Positions 34,240-61,828 of a stretch of 64,000 nucleotides of DNA are shown here, piece by piece. Under the pieces are notes generated by a model. It did no database searches, was not told the origin of the DNA, and saw only the letters and a program-made list of their open reading frames with translations. The position numbers and the translations under genes were made by a program. The stretch is taken from NCBI RefSeq assembly GCF_009914755.1, contig NC_060944.1. One strand, given 5' to 3'. The DNA comes from the human T2T-CHM13v2.0 reference genome, Homo sapiens. Each line of letters begins with the position of its first letter. Position 1 is the first letter of the stretch.

Positions 34240-34880
34240 AAAATCCCACATTCACAATCACATCCCAGCCCTATACACGCGCGCTGTGACACTCATCCCC
34301 ACCAATATCTGACATGCACAATCACACGGGCACCCGGCCACGCTCACCCCATCAGTCAGTCATTCTCACTCACTCTTGCACCAACGTGCATATTCACGCC
34401 CAGGCCCTACACACACACCTGCCACTGCTCACTGCCTGCAACATCTAACATTCACAATCACATGTGAGTCCTGCACACACACATAACACTCTCACCCTCC
34501 TGTTGGTCACCATCATCCATGCACCCAGTTTCTCAAGCCTCACACCCATGTGCCTGCAGAAATCACAGTCACACAGGGACCCTCAGCTTATCAGACTCCT
34601 TCACCCTCTGACCTTCACCATCCTCACCCTCATTCTCTATCTGGATTCTGGGAACTCACCATGACACACACGCACCTGCCTCTTTCATCCAAACACCCTT
34701 CAATAGTCTGAACACCCTCATTCTCACACCAGCCACTTTCTTGGGCTTGCACATGGGCCCCACTCTCAGGCCTCAGACAGTCACCCTGCATTACCTGTCA
34801 CTGTGATTCACGGTCTCACACACACACCTATCTCCACCGCAGCCCACATCCACACTCACTTCCACACCCTCCCACACAGT
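34240..34880. repeat. CA-rich low-complexity region upstream of the ATP9A TSS
   Basis: Strong C/A skew on + with many degenerate cacac/ctcac units. Confidence 0.6.
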
Positions 34881-35338
34881 GTCTGGGACCCATGAACTTT
34901 TCAAAGGCCTGATAAAGTTATGAGAGCAGGAAAAAAAAAAACAGAGGGAAGGAACAAAGTGAGGGAGTTTAAAAATCAATATGTAACTAAAGAGCCTGAA
35001 ATTGTAATAATACCATATAAACTAATCTAAAGCTGACTTTTACATAGTTACATCTAATGACTGATCATGTTGGACGCCGTTTCTTTTTTTTCTTTTTGAA
35101 ACAGAATCTCCCTCTGTCGCCCAGGCTGGAGTGCAGTGGCAAAATCTCAGCTCACTGCAATCTCTGCCTCCCAGGTTGAAGCAATTCTCCTGCCTCAGCT
35201 ACCCGGGTAGCTGGGGTTATACATGTGCCTGGCTAATTTTTGTAGTTTTAGTAGAGATGGGGTTTCACCATGTTGGCCAGACTGGTCTTGAACTCCTGGC
35301 CTCATGTGATCTGTCCACCTCGGCCTCCCAAAGTGCTG

Positions 35339-35455
35339 GGCTCTTCCTTGGCATTTGCTAAATGCCATAGAGATTTAATTGGGATGAAGGAAGAGCATCC
35401 GGCCCAGTCCACCTTTCCAACTCTCACCAGAAGCCTTTCCCTGCTCCCACGGGCC
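35339..35455 (+). repeat. Inserted copy of the ~118-bp duplication, inside an antisense Alu
   Basis: Flanked by Alu sequence ...aaagtgctggg and gccactgcgcttggcc. Confidence 0.93.
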
Positions 35456-35898
35456 ACTGCGCTTGGCCCTTTTATTTTGTTTTATTTGTTTGTTTTTTTA
35501 AGTTAGTGCTAACTGCCAGCAAGTGGATGCCTTTTGTGTTTGCTGTCACACAGGATGGAGCCACCAAATATCCCAGTGTCTGAGGTGGATCTCAAACCAA
35601 GAAGTGTGACTTATCTCATGCACCAGAGAAGTTCCTCAAGAAAAGAAGCATGTCATTAGTAATTGCTGCATTGCACATTTGGAGAGGAAATACCATTCTC
35701 CAGCCAACAGGCCTGGTGTGCTTTGCTTCCTGCTGTCTCTTCTACATCTAAAATGATGCTTCGTACATAGCATGGCACAAGTTGGCACTCAATAAAGGCT
35801 TCTTGCATGGAAGAAGGATAAACACCCTGACACACCAATTATGGCATCAGTGTGGGTCCCACCATCTCCCATCTGCTTTGCTAGACATCCCCCTTTCA

Positions 35899-36249
<351 letters not shown>

Positions 36250-36828
36250 TTAGCCACGCATGGTGGCAGGCACTGGTAATCTCAGCTACTCAGGAGGTTA
36301 AGGCAGGAGAATTGCTTGAACCCGGGAGGCGGAGGTTGCAGTGAGCCGAGATCATGCCATTGCACTCTAGCCCAGGCAACAGTGCGAGACTCTGTTTCAA
36401 AAAAAAAAAAAAAAAGAAAGAAAAGGTTAGCTATTAAAAGTCCTACTTCTATGATATGAATATTCATAGTTTTCCCTAATTCAAGAATGAACACAACAGC
36501 ATTATCAATGCTCATCCCTGAAAGATTCCAGGTGGGTTTTTAAAATACAATTTAATTAGCAGGATTTTTTGTTTTAGTAGTTTTCCATTTATAGAAAACA
36601 TAAGCAATTAGCACAGAGAGTTTCATATGTCCCCATCCTATATCCATGTCCCCAGTCATGGGGACAGTTTCCCTTATTAACATTTTGCGGTACATCCAGG
36701 TGGATCTTAAATATTTCATTGCTTTTGTTTTGTCAATACTCTCTACTTTTTCTCTAGCAAAACGTGTTGCTTTTGCAATAATTTTTTCTTTAAATAAGTT
36801 TTTAAAAGATGAAAGAGCCCACTATTAA

Positions 36829-37176
<348 letters not shown>

Positions 37177-37262
37177 TGATCCACCTGCCTCGGCCTCCCA
37201 AAGTGCTGGGATTACAGGCGTGAGCCACTGCAACCGGCCTTTACTTTCCAAATTTTCTTTAG

Positions 37263-37471
<209 letters not shown>

Positions 37472-38349
37472 TGACCGGCTAATTTTTATATTTTTAGTAG
37501 AGAAGAGGTTTCACCATGTTAGCCAGGCTGGTCTCAAACTCCTGACCTCAGGTGATCCACCTGCCTCGCCTCCCTAAGTACTGGGATTACAGGCATGAGC
37601 CACTGCGCATGGCCGTTTTTATTTTAAGAGACAGAGTCTTGCTCTATTGTAGCTGGGACTACAGGTGTGCACTGCATGCCAGGCTAATTTATTTTATTTT
37701 TTATAGAGACAAGGTCTCACTATGTTGCCCAGGCTGGCCTTGACCTCCTGGGCTCAAGCCATCCTCCTGCCTTGACCTCCTAGTGTCCTGGGATTACAGG
37801 TGTGAGCCACTGCACCAGGCCGAAACTCCTTTTCAGCAAGGTAATCCCTCAGGAAGGGACGCACCTGCAGGCTTAAATCTCATCTTGAGAGAGAATCAGA
37901 TGCCTGCTTGGGACAAGCGAGACACCCAAGGGATCACCAGAGCGGTGCCAGGGTCTAGGAGAGGGGCAAGGCTGGGGGAAGTGATGAGATGTGAGAGGTT
38001 AATCTGAGGCCCCCTTCTGGGTATACAGCAACCCCTCTTCCTGACACAGCACTACCTTCTGCCCAGGAATAGTCACCTCATGGTTCTGCTTCCTCAGGAA
38101 AAGCCCCTTGACAATCCTCTCCATCCAATAGGTCCTGGGTACAGTGCACCCCTGACTCCTAGGTATGTGGAGTGGAAAGGTCCTGGAGGGATAAGCCAAT
38201 CTAGTCCAACTTCTACTTTCCAGAAATCAGAGAGACTGTGGCCCAAAGAGGTCATGTCACATGCCTCTATGTCACATGCCATCCATGCCCGATGGATGAC
38301 AGGCTGGAGCCGGAATATACCTTGAAACTCTCATCTTGGCCCACCATGA

Positions 38350-38815
<466 letters not shown>

Positions 38816-38932
38816 TAAATAATAAATATGCTTTGGGTAAACTCAGGCTGGGAGTGAGAAAATAAAATCCTTTTAGTGCCTACAATTCTCTCTCCATGAA
38901 TTCTCTCTGAATAAACATTCTAGGTATCCCCC

Positions 38933-39147
38933 AAAGCAGTTTCCCTACCTTGGCACTATTGACATTTGGGCTGAATATTTATCATGGGGGGCTGTGCTAT
39001 GCATTATAGGAAATTTAGCAGCATTCTTGGTCTCTACCCACTAAATGCCAGTAGCTGCCTCACACCAGCTGTGACAACCACAAATGTTTTCACACATCGT
39101 GAAATGTCTCCTGGGGAGACAAAATTGTCCCTAGTTAAGAGCCACTG
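38933..39147 (-). mobile_element. MER20
   Basis: ggcactattgacatttgggctg...gtgacaaccacaaatgt...gttaagagccactg. Confidence 0.82.
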
Positions 39148-40404
39148 GGCTAGAATGTGATGTTAAATCATTTTAAAATCTCTAATAAGACTGTGTGTGT
39201 CATTTTTTTTTTTTTTTTTTTTTGAGACAGAGTCTCCTTCTGTCACCTGGGCTGGAGTGCAGTGGCACCATCTCCCGGGTTCAAGCGATTCTCCTGTCTC
39301 AGCCCCCCGAGTAGCTGGGATAACAGGTGTGTGCCTCCAAGCCCGGCAAATTTTTGTATTTTTAGTAGAGAGGGGGTTTCACCATGTTGGCCAGGCTGCT
39401 CTTGAACTTCTGGCCTCAAGTGATCCTCCCGCCTTGGCCTCCCAAAGTGCTGAGATTACAAGCCTGGCGTGAGCCACTGTGCCCAACCAACTGTGTCTCT
39501 CTCTAACACTTACCAATCCAGTCCTTTCCCAACCCTTTGTTTTTTGTTTTTTTTGGAAAGAAAAAGAACGTCTTAGGTTGAGAACTTTCCATGAACAACA
39601 ATATCTAGCTAAAATTTAATAATATTCTGGGCTGTGTGTGTATTTTTTAGATAGAGTTGGCCAGGCACAGTGGCTCACGCCTATAATCCCAGCACTTTGG
39701 GAGGCCGAGGCAGGTGGATCACGAGGTCAGGAGATCGAGACCATCCTGGCTAACACAGTGAAACCCCGTCTCTACTAAAAATACAAAAAATCAGCTGGGC
39801 GTGGTGGTGGGTGCCTGTAGTCCCAGCTACTCGGGAGGCTGCGACGGGAGAATGGCATGAACCTGGGAGGCGGAGCTTGCAGTGAGCCGAGATCACGCCA
39901 CTGCACTACAGCCTGGGCAACAGAGCGAGACTCCATCTGAGATAGTCTTGCTCTGTCCCGCCCAGGCTAGAGTGCAGTAGCGCGATCATGGCTCACTGCA
40001 ACCTTGGCCGCCCATGCTCAAACTATCCTCCCACCTCAGTCCCCCAAGAAGCTGGAACTACAGGCATTCATCACCATGCCCAGCTAATTTCTGAAATTTT
40101 TTTGTAGAGACGGTTTTGCCATGTTGCCCAGGCTGGTCTCAAACTCCTGAGCTCTAATGAGCCTCCTGTGTTAGCCTCCCAAAGTGCTAGGATTAGAGGC
40201 GTGAGCAATTACATCCAAAAATATTCTGTTTTCACCTCCAAAAAGGGCACTAAGAAGGTTGGGGGAAAAAAATCAACAGATGTCCAATCATTCCGTCAAG
40301 CAGTCTTCACTAAACACCTACAATGGTCTATGCATAGAGGGTACAGTCAGACACAGCCCCTGTTTCAAGGAGATGACATCCTAGTAAAGGTTGTTAAAAA
40401 CTTA

Positions 40405-40812
<408 letters not shown>

Positions 40813-41090
40813 TTACAACTCTATAAATTGTAGAAAACTGATAATTATGCAAATGATTCTTGTCCATAGAAATGCAAATTATTTTGTCCAGTGGAATGCA
40901 GTTATTGCCTGTGGATATTGATCATGTTTTGCATCTGTTTGTAAGTTCTTTTCAACATTCCTAATTGCCAGCAATTTAGGAGCTCATTTTAAATTCTCCT
41001 CTGAATCAACTGTAAATTTATTAATAATTCTTTGACATGTGTTCATTTTATACAGGCATACCTGAGAGATATTGTGGGTTTGGCTCCAGA

Positions 41091-42136
<1,046 letters not shown>

Positions 42137-42367
42137 CAGACCACAACAATAAAGCAAATATTGCAATAAAGCAAGTCATATGACTTTGGTTTCCCAGTGT
42201 ATATAAAAGCTACGTTTACACTATATCCTGTTAAGTGTGTAATAGCATTACATCTAAAAAACAATGTACAGGCCGGCCACGGTGGCTCACGCCTATAATC
42301 CCAGCACTTTGGGAGGCTGAGGCAGGCGAATCATGAGGTCAGGACTTCGAGACCAGCCTGGCCATCA

Positions 42368-42709
<342 letters not shown>

Positions 42710-42913
42710 TCAGGGTGGTGGTTGCTGAAGGTTGGGATGGCTATGCCAATTTCTTTAAAATAAGACAACAATGATGTTGGCTATATTGATTCTTTATCTG
42801 AGATTTCTTTGTAACTTGTGATACTGTCTGAAAATATTTTACCCACAACAGGCCGGGCGCGGTGGCTCATGCCTGTAATCCCAGCACTTTGGGAGGCCAA
42901 GGCGGGTGGATCA

Positions 42914-43186
<273 letters not shown>

Positions 43187-43668
43187 TCAAGTTTTCTCCT
43201 AAGATTGCCACCATTCAGTCACATCTTCAAGCTTCACTGCTATTTCCAGCTCTCTTGCTATCTCCATCATATCTGCAGTTACTTCCTCCACTGAATTTTG
43301 TTGTTTGTAAAGACAGGATTTCACTGTGTTGACTGGGTTGGTCTTGAACTCCTGGCTCTCAAGCCATCCTCCTCGGCCTCCCAAAGTGCTGGGATTACAG
43401 GCATAAGCCACGGTGCCTGGCTCTTTCACTGAAGTCTTGAACCCATCAAAGTCATCCATGAGGGTTGGAAGCCACTTCTTCCAAACTCCTGTTTATGTTG
43501 ATATTTTGACCTTCTCCCATGAATTACGAATGTTTTTAACAACATCTAGAATGGTGAATCCTTTCCAGGTTTTCACTTTACTTTGCCCAGACCCATCAGA
43601 GAAATAACAAACTATGGCAGCTTACAAAATGTAGTATTTCTGAAATAATAAGACCTGGAAGTTGAAAC

Positions 43669-44217
43669 TCTTAGAGGCATTTGAACCAGAGCCACTCCAT
43701 CTCGAACAGGAGCTGGGGAAAATAAAGCTGAGACCTACTGGGCTGCATTCCCAGGAGGTTAAGGCATTCTTAGTCACAGGATGAGATAGGAGGTCAGCAC
43801 AAGATACAGGTCATAAAGACCTTGCTGATAAAACAAGTTGCAGTAAAGAAGCCAGCTAAAACCCACCAAAACCAAGATGGCGACAAGAGTGACCTCTGGT
43901 TGTCCTCACTGCTACACTCCCACCAGCGCCATGACAGTTTACAAATGCCATGGCAACATCAGGAAGTTACCCTGTATGGTCTAAAAAGGGAAGGCATGAA
44001 CAATCCACCCCTTGTTTAGCATATCATCAAGAAATAACCATAAAAATGGGCAACCAGCAACTCTCAGGGCTGCTCTGTCTATGGACTAACCATTCTTTCA
44101 TTCCTCTGCTTTCCTAATAAACTTGCTTTCACTTTATGGACTCATCCTGAATTCTTTCTTACGTGAGATCCAAGAATCCTCTCTTAGGGTCTGGATCCAG
44201 ACCCCTTACCAGTAACA
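43669..44217 (+). mobile_element. MER41A-type solo LTR (ERV1)
   Basis: agaggcatttgaaccagagc...ccaagatggcgac...gggtctggatc...agtaaca. TSD aaac at 43665-43668 and 44218-44221. Lacks the GAS-containing segment of MER41B. Confidence 0.85.
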
Positions 44218-44361
44218 AAACCACTCCTTGATCCAGACTACAAAATGAATGTTGTGTTAACAGGCATGAAAAACAGTATTAATCTCAGTATTAATCTCCT
44301 TGTACATTTCCATCAGAGCTCTTGACAGATGCATTAGATGCATTGTTTTTTTGTTTTTTGA

Positions 44362-44466
<105 letters not shown>

Positions 44467-45413
44467 TGAGTAGCTAGGATTACAGGCGCCCATGACCACG
44501 CCCAGCTAATTTTTGTGTTTTTAGTAGAGACAGGGTTTCACCATGTTGGTCAGGCTGGTCTCGAACCCCTGACCTTGTGATCCACCCGCCTCGGCCTCCC
44601 AAAGTGCTGGGATTACAGATGTGAGCCACTGCGCCCGGCCTAGATGCATTGTTAATGAGCAGCCATAATTTTTGAAAGAAATCTTTTTTTTTTTTTTTTC
44701 TGTGCAGTAGGTCTCAACAGTGGGCTTAAAATATTCAGTAAATCATGTGATAAACAGATATGCTAAACTGGGCGCGGTGGCTCACACTTGTAATCCCAAA
44801 ACTTTGGAAGGCCGAGGCGGGTGGATCACTTGAGGTCAGGAGTTTGAGACCAGCCTGACCAATATGGTGAAACCCCATCTCTACCAAAAATACAAAAGGC
44901 AGCAGGTGCCTGTAATCCCAGCTACTCAGGAGGCTGAGGTAAGAGAATCACTTGAACCCAGGAGACAGAGGTTGCAGTGAACTGAGATTGTGCCACTGCA
45001 CTCCAGCCTGAGTGACACAGAGACTCCATCTCAAAACAAAAATGAGATATGCCATCATCCAGGCTTTGTCATTCCATTTCCAGAGCACATGCAGAGTAGA
45101 AATAGCATCATTCTTAAAGGCCCTAAGATTTTCAGAATGGTAAATGAGCATTGCTTTAGCTTAATGTCACCACCTGCATTAGCCCCTAACAGGAGTCACC
45201 TTGTCCTTTGAAGCAAGGTGTTTTTTTCCTTTCTAGCTATGAAAGTCCTAGATGGCATCTTCTTCCAATAGAAGACTGTCTTGTCTACTTTGAAAATATG
45301 TTGTTTAGTGTAGCTACTGTAGTTATTGTAGCTAGATCTTCTGGATAACTTGCTGTAGCTTCTACATCAGCATTTACTGCCTTACCTTGCTTTTTTTTTT
45401 TTGTTTTCTTTGA

Positions 45414-45572
<159 letters not shown>

Positions 45573-45955
45573 TAGTAGAAATGGATTTTTCTCCATGATT
45601 GTCAGGCTGGTCTCGAATTCCCAACCTCAGGTGTTCTGCCCCCCTCAGCCTCCCAAAGTGTGAGGATTACAGGTGTGAGCCACCACGCCCAGCTGCATTT
45701 TTATATTAGGAAGATGTCTTCTTGGGCCTGGTGCAGTGGCTCATGCCTGTAATCTCAGCACTTTGGGAGGCTGAGGCGGGTGGATCATCTGAGGTTGGAA
45801 GTTCGAGACCATCCTGACCAACATGGTGAAACTCCGTCTCTACTAAAAATACAAAAATTAACTGGGTGTGGTGGTGCGCACCTGTAATCCCAGCTACTCG
45901 GGAGGCTGAGGCAGGAGAATCACTTCAATGCGGGAGGCAGACGTTAAAAAATTAA

Positions 45956-46198
<243 letters not shown>

Positions 46199-46261
46199 TA
46201 ATTTGTCCACTTTGGTCTCCCAAAGAGCTAGGATTACAGGCGTGAGCCACTGCGCCTGGCC

Positions 46262-46375
46262 TATAAACAAATTTAAACAGAGAAAAGGTACAGTAAAAAT
46301 TAGTATTACAATCTTATGGGACCATGGTTGTATATGCGGTCTCTAACTGACAAAACAAAGTTATGGCCACACTAT
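46262..46375 (+). mobile_element. Tigger3/Golem-like end fragment
   Basis: agaaaaggtacagtaaaaattagtattacaatcttatgggacca...tatatgcggtc. Confidence 0.6.
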
Positions 46376-47476
46376 GCGGGCATAATCTACTTGCATAGGT
46401 ACAATCACAATCTACCCTTTAGAACTGACTTCAAAGATTAAGGCTGAGAGGAATGATGCACACATATACACACTACACACTGTATTATGGAAAACAGCAC
46501 ACACACACAAAGACAATGATAATCTTTTCCCCAGCTATCCCAAGCAGGAATTTACCCTGGAAGTGAACTCAAGTATAAGAAAAGAAATACCACAAAGGCA
46601 ATCAAAAACAAAATAAAAAAGTTCACGGGGCCAGGCACAGTGGCTCATGCCTGTAATCCCAGCACTCTAGGAGGCCAAGGCCAGTGGATCATTCGAGGCC
46701 AACCTGGGGAACATGATGAGACCATCTCTGCAAAAAAAAAATTAGCTAAGAATGATGGTGTGTGCCTGCTACTCCACAGGCTGAGGTGGAAGGATCACTT
46801 GAGTCCAGGAGCTCAAGGCCAGTCAGCTGTGATCATGCCACTACACTGCAGCCTGAGTGATAGGGACGTTTATGGGTAAACACCAGCAGTGTTGTCAATA
46901 GATGACTAGACATCATTGTTACGTAATTGCAGTTATTTTAAAAGGATTAGCTGGAATTGGGTTTTACCTTGGAAAGATGTCTGAAATATGTGAGAGGGGA
47001 GAAAAAAGGCTGGGCAAGGTGGCTCACGCCTGTAATCCCAGCACTTTGGGAGGCCGAGGCAGATGGATCATTTGAAGTCAGGAGTTCAAGACCAGCCTGG
47101 CCAACATGCTGAAACCTCATCTCTACTCAAAATACAAAAATTAGCCAGGTGTGGTGGTGGGCACCTGTAATCCCAAGTAAGGAGGCTGAGGCAGGAGAAT
47201 CGCTTGAACCTGGGAGGCGGAGGATACAGTAAGCCAAGATCGAGCCACTGCACTCCCTTGAGCCTGGGAGGTCAAGGCTGCAGTAAGCTGAGATCATACC
47301 ATTGCACTCCAGCCTGGATGAAAGAGTGAGACCCTGTCTTAAAAAAAAGAAAAAAGGCCGGGTACGGTGGCTCACTCCTGTAATCCCAGAACTTTGGGAG
47401 ACCGAGGTGGGCGGGTCACCTGAGGTCGGGAGTTTGAGACCAGCCTGACCAACATAGTGAAACCCCATCTCTGTTA

Positions 47477-47806
<330 letters not shown>

Positions 47807-47812
47807 TCAAAT

Positions 47813-47818
47813 TTTATT
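47813..47818 (-). terminator. SALL4: Distal poly(A) signal AATAAA of SALL4
   Basis: tttatt on the + strand, followed on the minus strand by a U9 tract and GU-rich sequence. Confidence 0.7.
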
Positions 47819-49184
47819 TTCCAACAGACAGACAGCATCAGCAGGTACAACTACAGGGGTTTCTCCGTAGATCATACATTCACAAGGCATTATTAGCTCA
47901 ACAGTGAGAAAGCCACTGGTGTGTTTTCTGTAACAATATCCACTTCACAGTGTAAACAGGTACTATTATCGTGTTCACTTACAATTCCAGAAGGAAAGGC
48001 ACAACTTGGCAAAAAAAAAAAAAAAAAAAAAAAAGGGGGGCGGAATCCTAAAGTCAGGTGCAACGATGAAGAGACAACACTTTGGCTAATCGTCTTGGAT
48101 GCATATTTCCGTCAGGACCTTCCACATAGAGGGGAAAGACTTTTCTCCCAGAAATTAGAGTTTTTTTCTTTCTTTCTTGTTAAACCAAGAGCAATGTTTC
48201 GTTTGCTCAATATCACATTTACAAAGGAAACTACAAAAAAAAAAGGCATCACAAAATCATCTTGAACGTTCACCTCTTCCCACCAATACATCAACTCTTA
48301 GGCTTTAGACAGGGCCTGGGAATACTTCAGCGGTCTTAAAATAGGAAAATAGACACTATGGCTACAAAAAATAAAAAATAAATGAGGTAGATAAATTAAA
48401 GCTTTCACACCCAGGACGTGCCTGTTCTAACTTCGTAGCCTTCATGAAATATTCAGCAAGGAAACAAAACAAAACAAAAAATCGTCATAATTACTTGGCA
48501 TAAGTCGCACCAAGGAAATTCAACAAAAGCAATCAGTATGTGAACCTGTGATGGGAAACACGCCCTTCCACGAGTTTCTTCTCGAGCATGAAAACCCAGT
48601 TCTTCAATAGAGTAGGCACTGGCAAACTAAGTCACCTGAGATTCCCCGCTCAGGTGCCCACCTCTTCTGGGGTTTGGGAAGAGGAAGGCATCCAAGAGGT
48701 GTGGGGAAAACATTGGCACTCTCGGGGCTCCAACTGAACTGTATTTAAATAAGCAGCAACACACACATTGACTCCCTAAGGACTAACGTAAGTCCATTTG
48801 AGGGCCTCCTACTTAAGGTTCTAAGGTTGAAGCAGTTTTATAATTCTACAACCCTAGTTTTTTGTTGTTCCTTTTTTAAGTACATTCAAAAAAAAACAAT
48901 AAGATGGGGACAGGGTTGGGGCATATAAAACAGGTCCCTAAAGAGATGACAGACCTTGTCCTTTTACCCGTGTCCAGTTACCAGTAAGTATACAGTACCC
49001 ATCTCCCCTCAATGAGGCTGTGTAGTTGTCTTTTCCACTGTTGTTCAGTAAGTTCCAACGATTCTACCTTGAAATAGGTAACAGTCTTTGGAAAAAGTCA
49101 CTCTAGGTTGTACAAAGGTTCTATGTATACGTCTGTTACAAGTAACAAAGCTACTTTGCAAGACCCGCTTCTTTCCAAAATTAG

Positions 49185-49529
<345 letters not shown>

Positions 49530-49724
49530 TCAACTTTTTGCAAAGCAGCATAGCAACAATCGTGATTGTAGCACTTGCCTGAGGTTGTGGTCACAACCAA
49601 CGTAGTAAACATCATTTGCATATCAGTAAGAAAAAGAAAACAGGAGGAGATGAGTTCTTACAAAACAAAGCAGATTCTAGAGATTTCACTGTGTCTGCAT
49701 TGCTCCTTCCACGCAAGTTCTCCC

Positions 49725-50144
49725 TTAGCTGACCGCAATCTTGTTTTCTTCCAGGAAGTGAGGAAACTGGTGTTTGGGAACGCCGTCAGTAGCACTTGGT
49801 TTTTCCACATCTGCACTGATACCCGACTGGGAGCCATCCATCTTGGAGACAGTGGCGTTATTCACAACGGAGGTGGCCCCCAAGGAAACCGGGAGGGTAG
49901 GAACCCCCCCACTCTGGATCACAGAGATCTCATTGGTCTTCACGGCCAGACCGCCATTGAGCATGCTGGTGTACTGGTTCCACACAACAGGGTCCACATT
50001 CACTGAAGGGGCCAGGATTTCCTTGGGAAAGATTTCTGAGACTCTTTTTCCGTCCGTACCTAACAGAGCCATGGTGTTCTCGATGGCCAACTTCCTTCCA
50101 CGGCGGGCTGAGTTATTGTTCGCCCCGTGTGTCATGTAGTGAAC
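49725..50144 (-). CDS. SALL4: SALL4 exon 4, coding part (to stop codon)
   Basis: Acceptor ccatAG|GTTCAC. Encodes VHYMTHGANNNSARRGRK...EENKIAVS, with stop TAA at 49727-49725. Confidence 0.97.
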   Translation of the reverse strand, partial: VHYMTHGANNNSARRGRKLAIENTMALLGTDGKRVSEIFPKEILAPSVNVDPVVWNQYTSMLNGGLAVKTNEISVIQSGGVPTLPVSLGATSVVNNATVSKMDGSQSGISADVEKPSATDGVPKHQFPHFLEENKIAVS

Positions 50145-50254
50145 CTATGGGAACAGGACAGAAAGGTTTTTACCAAAATAGAGATTTGAAGCTCACTGGC
50201 AAGCCAAGAATCAATCTGCATATGGATTTCATTCTACCCAGTGTTTTAACATAT

Positions 50255-54218
<3,964 letters not shown>

Positions 54219-54316
54219 GGAGGAATGGAAGGATGGAAGAACTCATCACGGCTTGTGCCAATAAGAAGACACCTGGTGCCTAGCCCCCATCCTGCTGAAA
54301 GCCCACACAAACCCAC

Positions 54317-54597
54317 CTTTAAGTTGCCTTTGGTGGTAAAAGCTCGCCCACAAATGTTGCACACAAAAGGCTTCTCTCCAGTGTGAGTCCGCTCGTGGAT
54401 CTGAAGAGCGCTAGCAGACGAGAAGTTCTTCCCACACCGTGTGCAGCCATGTTGCTTGGCCTGTCGGCGTGGCTGGGCTGCTAACAAAGGGGTCATCCCT
54501 GGGGACAATGTCGAGGGTCCCACAAATGTGCCAGGAACTTCAACCTTGACATAGGTCGGCGGGGCTCGGATAAACGTGGAAGGGAGACTGCTCCGAC
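54317..54597 (-). CDS. SALL4: SALL4 exon 3 (281 nt): most of zinc-finger cluster 4
   Basis: Acceptor tgtactAG|GTCGGAG. Encodes [13 protein letters not shown]...[47 protein letters not shown]. Donor AAAG|GTGGGT (phase 0). Frame is continuous with exons 2 and 4. Confidence 0.97.
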
Positions 54598-55367
54598 CTA
54601 GTACACAGAGGGGAAAAAAGCCAGACCTTTATCATCCAACCTTCATTCTTTCTCTTCAAAGCAAAAGAGATCTTTAAAAATAACTGCCTGCTAGTTTGAG
54701 AGTCTGGAGCTGGCTTTGTAAGTAATTAACACCTTCCCCTTTGAATTGTTTATCTGCACAAAGAATAAAGCTTCAAATGCTTGGGAAAAGGTATCACTTT
54801 GGGTTTTTTTTTTTTAAAGGCATGGGCAACATATAAACACATATGTAATTTAAGTTCAAATTTCTGCATAAGAAACTACCTTTAAAGCGTATGCCCAGAC
54901 ACCATCTTTCTTTGATTCTTTGATACAGCTTTTCCCTTATTTTACCATTAATGACATCAACAAACCTCTCAATAGATATGTGCATTTAAAATGGGTTCAT
55001 CTTTCCCTGCTTCAAGAGTGGCTAATTTGTGAACATTACATCAGGCAGTGGGGCCTCAGAGTCAGGGAACCACGGCTTATTTCAGTGGTCAAAAAGCAGT
55101 GGCCACTTCCTCAAACATACTCTTAAGACACCCATATACAGAATCATAGTGTGGAGAAACAAAAAGAAAAAAACTATAACAAAATAGAACGACTACCCAC
55201 CCCTATGTCCCAAGGGGCTCAAAGACAAAAATAAAAACCAACAAAAAAGGTATGCTGTCCATACCCATTTTGCATTAACCATCATAAATTAAAAGCATGT
55301 TTGTTACTAGGATAGAGGCAGTTACTATTGCCCTCTACCCAGAAGTAAAGAAAAGCTAATTGCCCTA

Positions 55368-61731
<6,364 letters not shown>

Positions 61732-61828
61732 TTAACCACTCCATACTACTTTTTAGAGGCCAAAGCTAACCACCACCAACCTCTCCAAGCAAGAACAAAA
61801 ACATACTTCATACTCTTACACCTTAAGG

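Larger units (their letters stand above)
32580..34290. promoter_or_regulatory. ATP9A: CpG island / ATP9A promoter and first-intron shore
   Basis: Very high GC and CpG density, many GC boxes, and a GCTCGCGAGC palindrome at 33970-33979. Contains exon 1. Confidence 0.93.

Noticed and set aside
33391-34467. Long overlapping Arg/Pro/Gly/Ala-rich ORFs on both strands (up to 275 aa)
   Set aside because: Expected from stop-codon scarcity in a CpG island. Only the frame containing ATP9A exon 1 is supported.
43669-44217. MER41 as an interferon-gamma/STAT1 enhancer
   Set aside because: The tandem TTCCnGGAA segment is absent (ctaaaaagggaagg joins directly to catgaacaatcc), as in MER41A.
54598-55364. 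Remnant of the zinc-finger cluster 3 found in SALL1/SALL3
   Set aside because: No CxxC...HxxxH or TKGNLK-like relic was recognisable by eye in the rest of intron 2.
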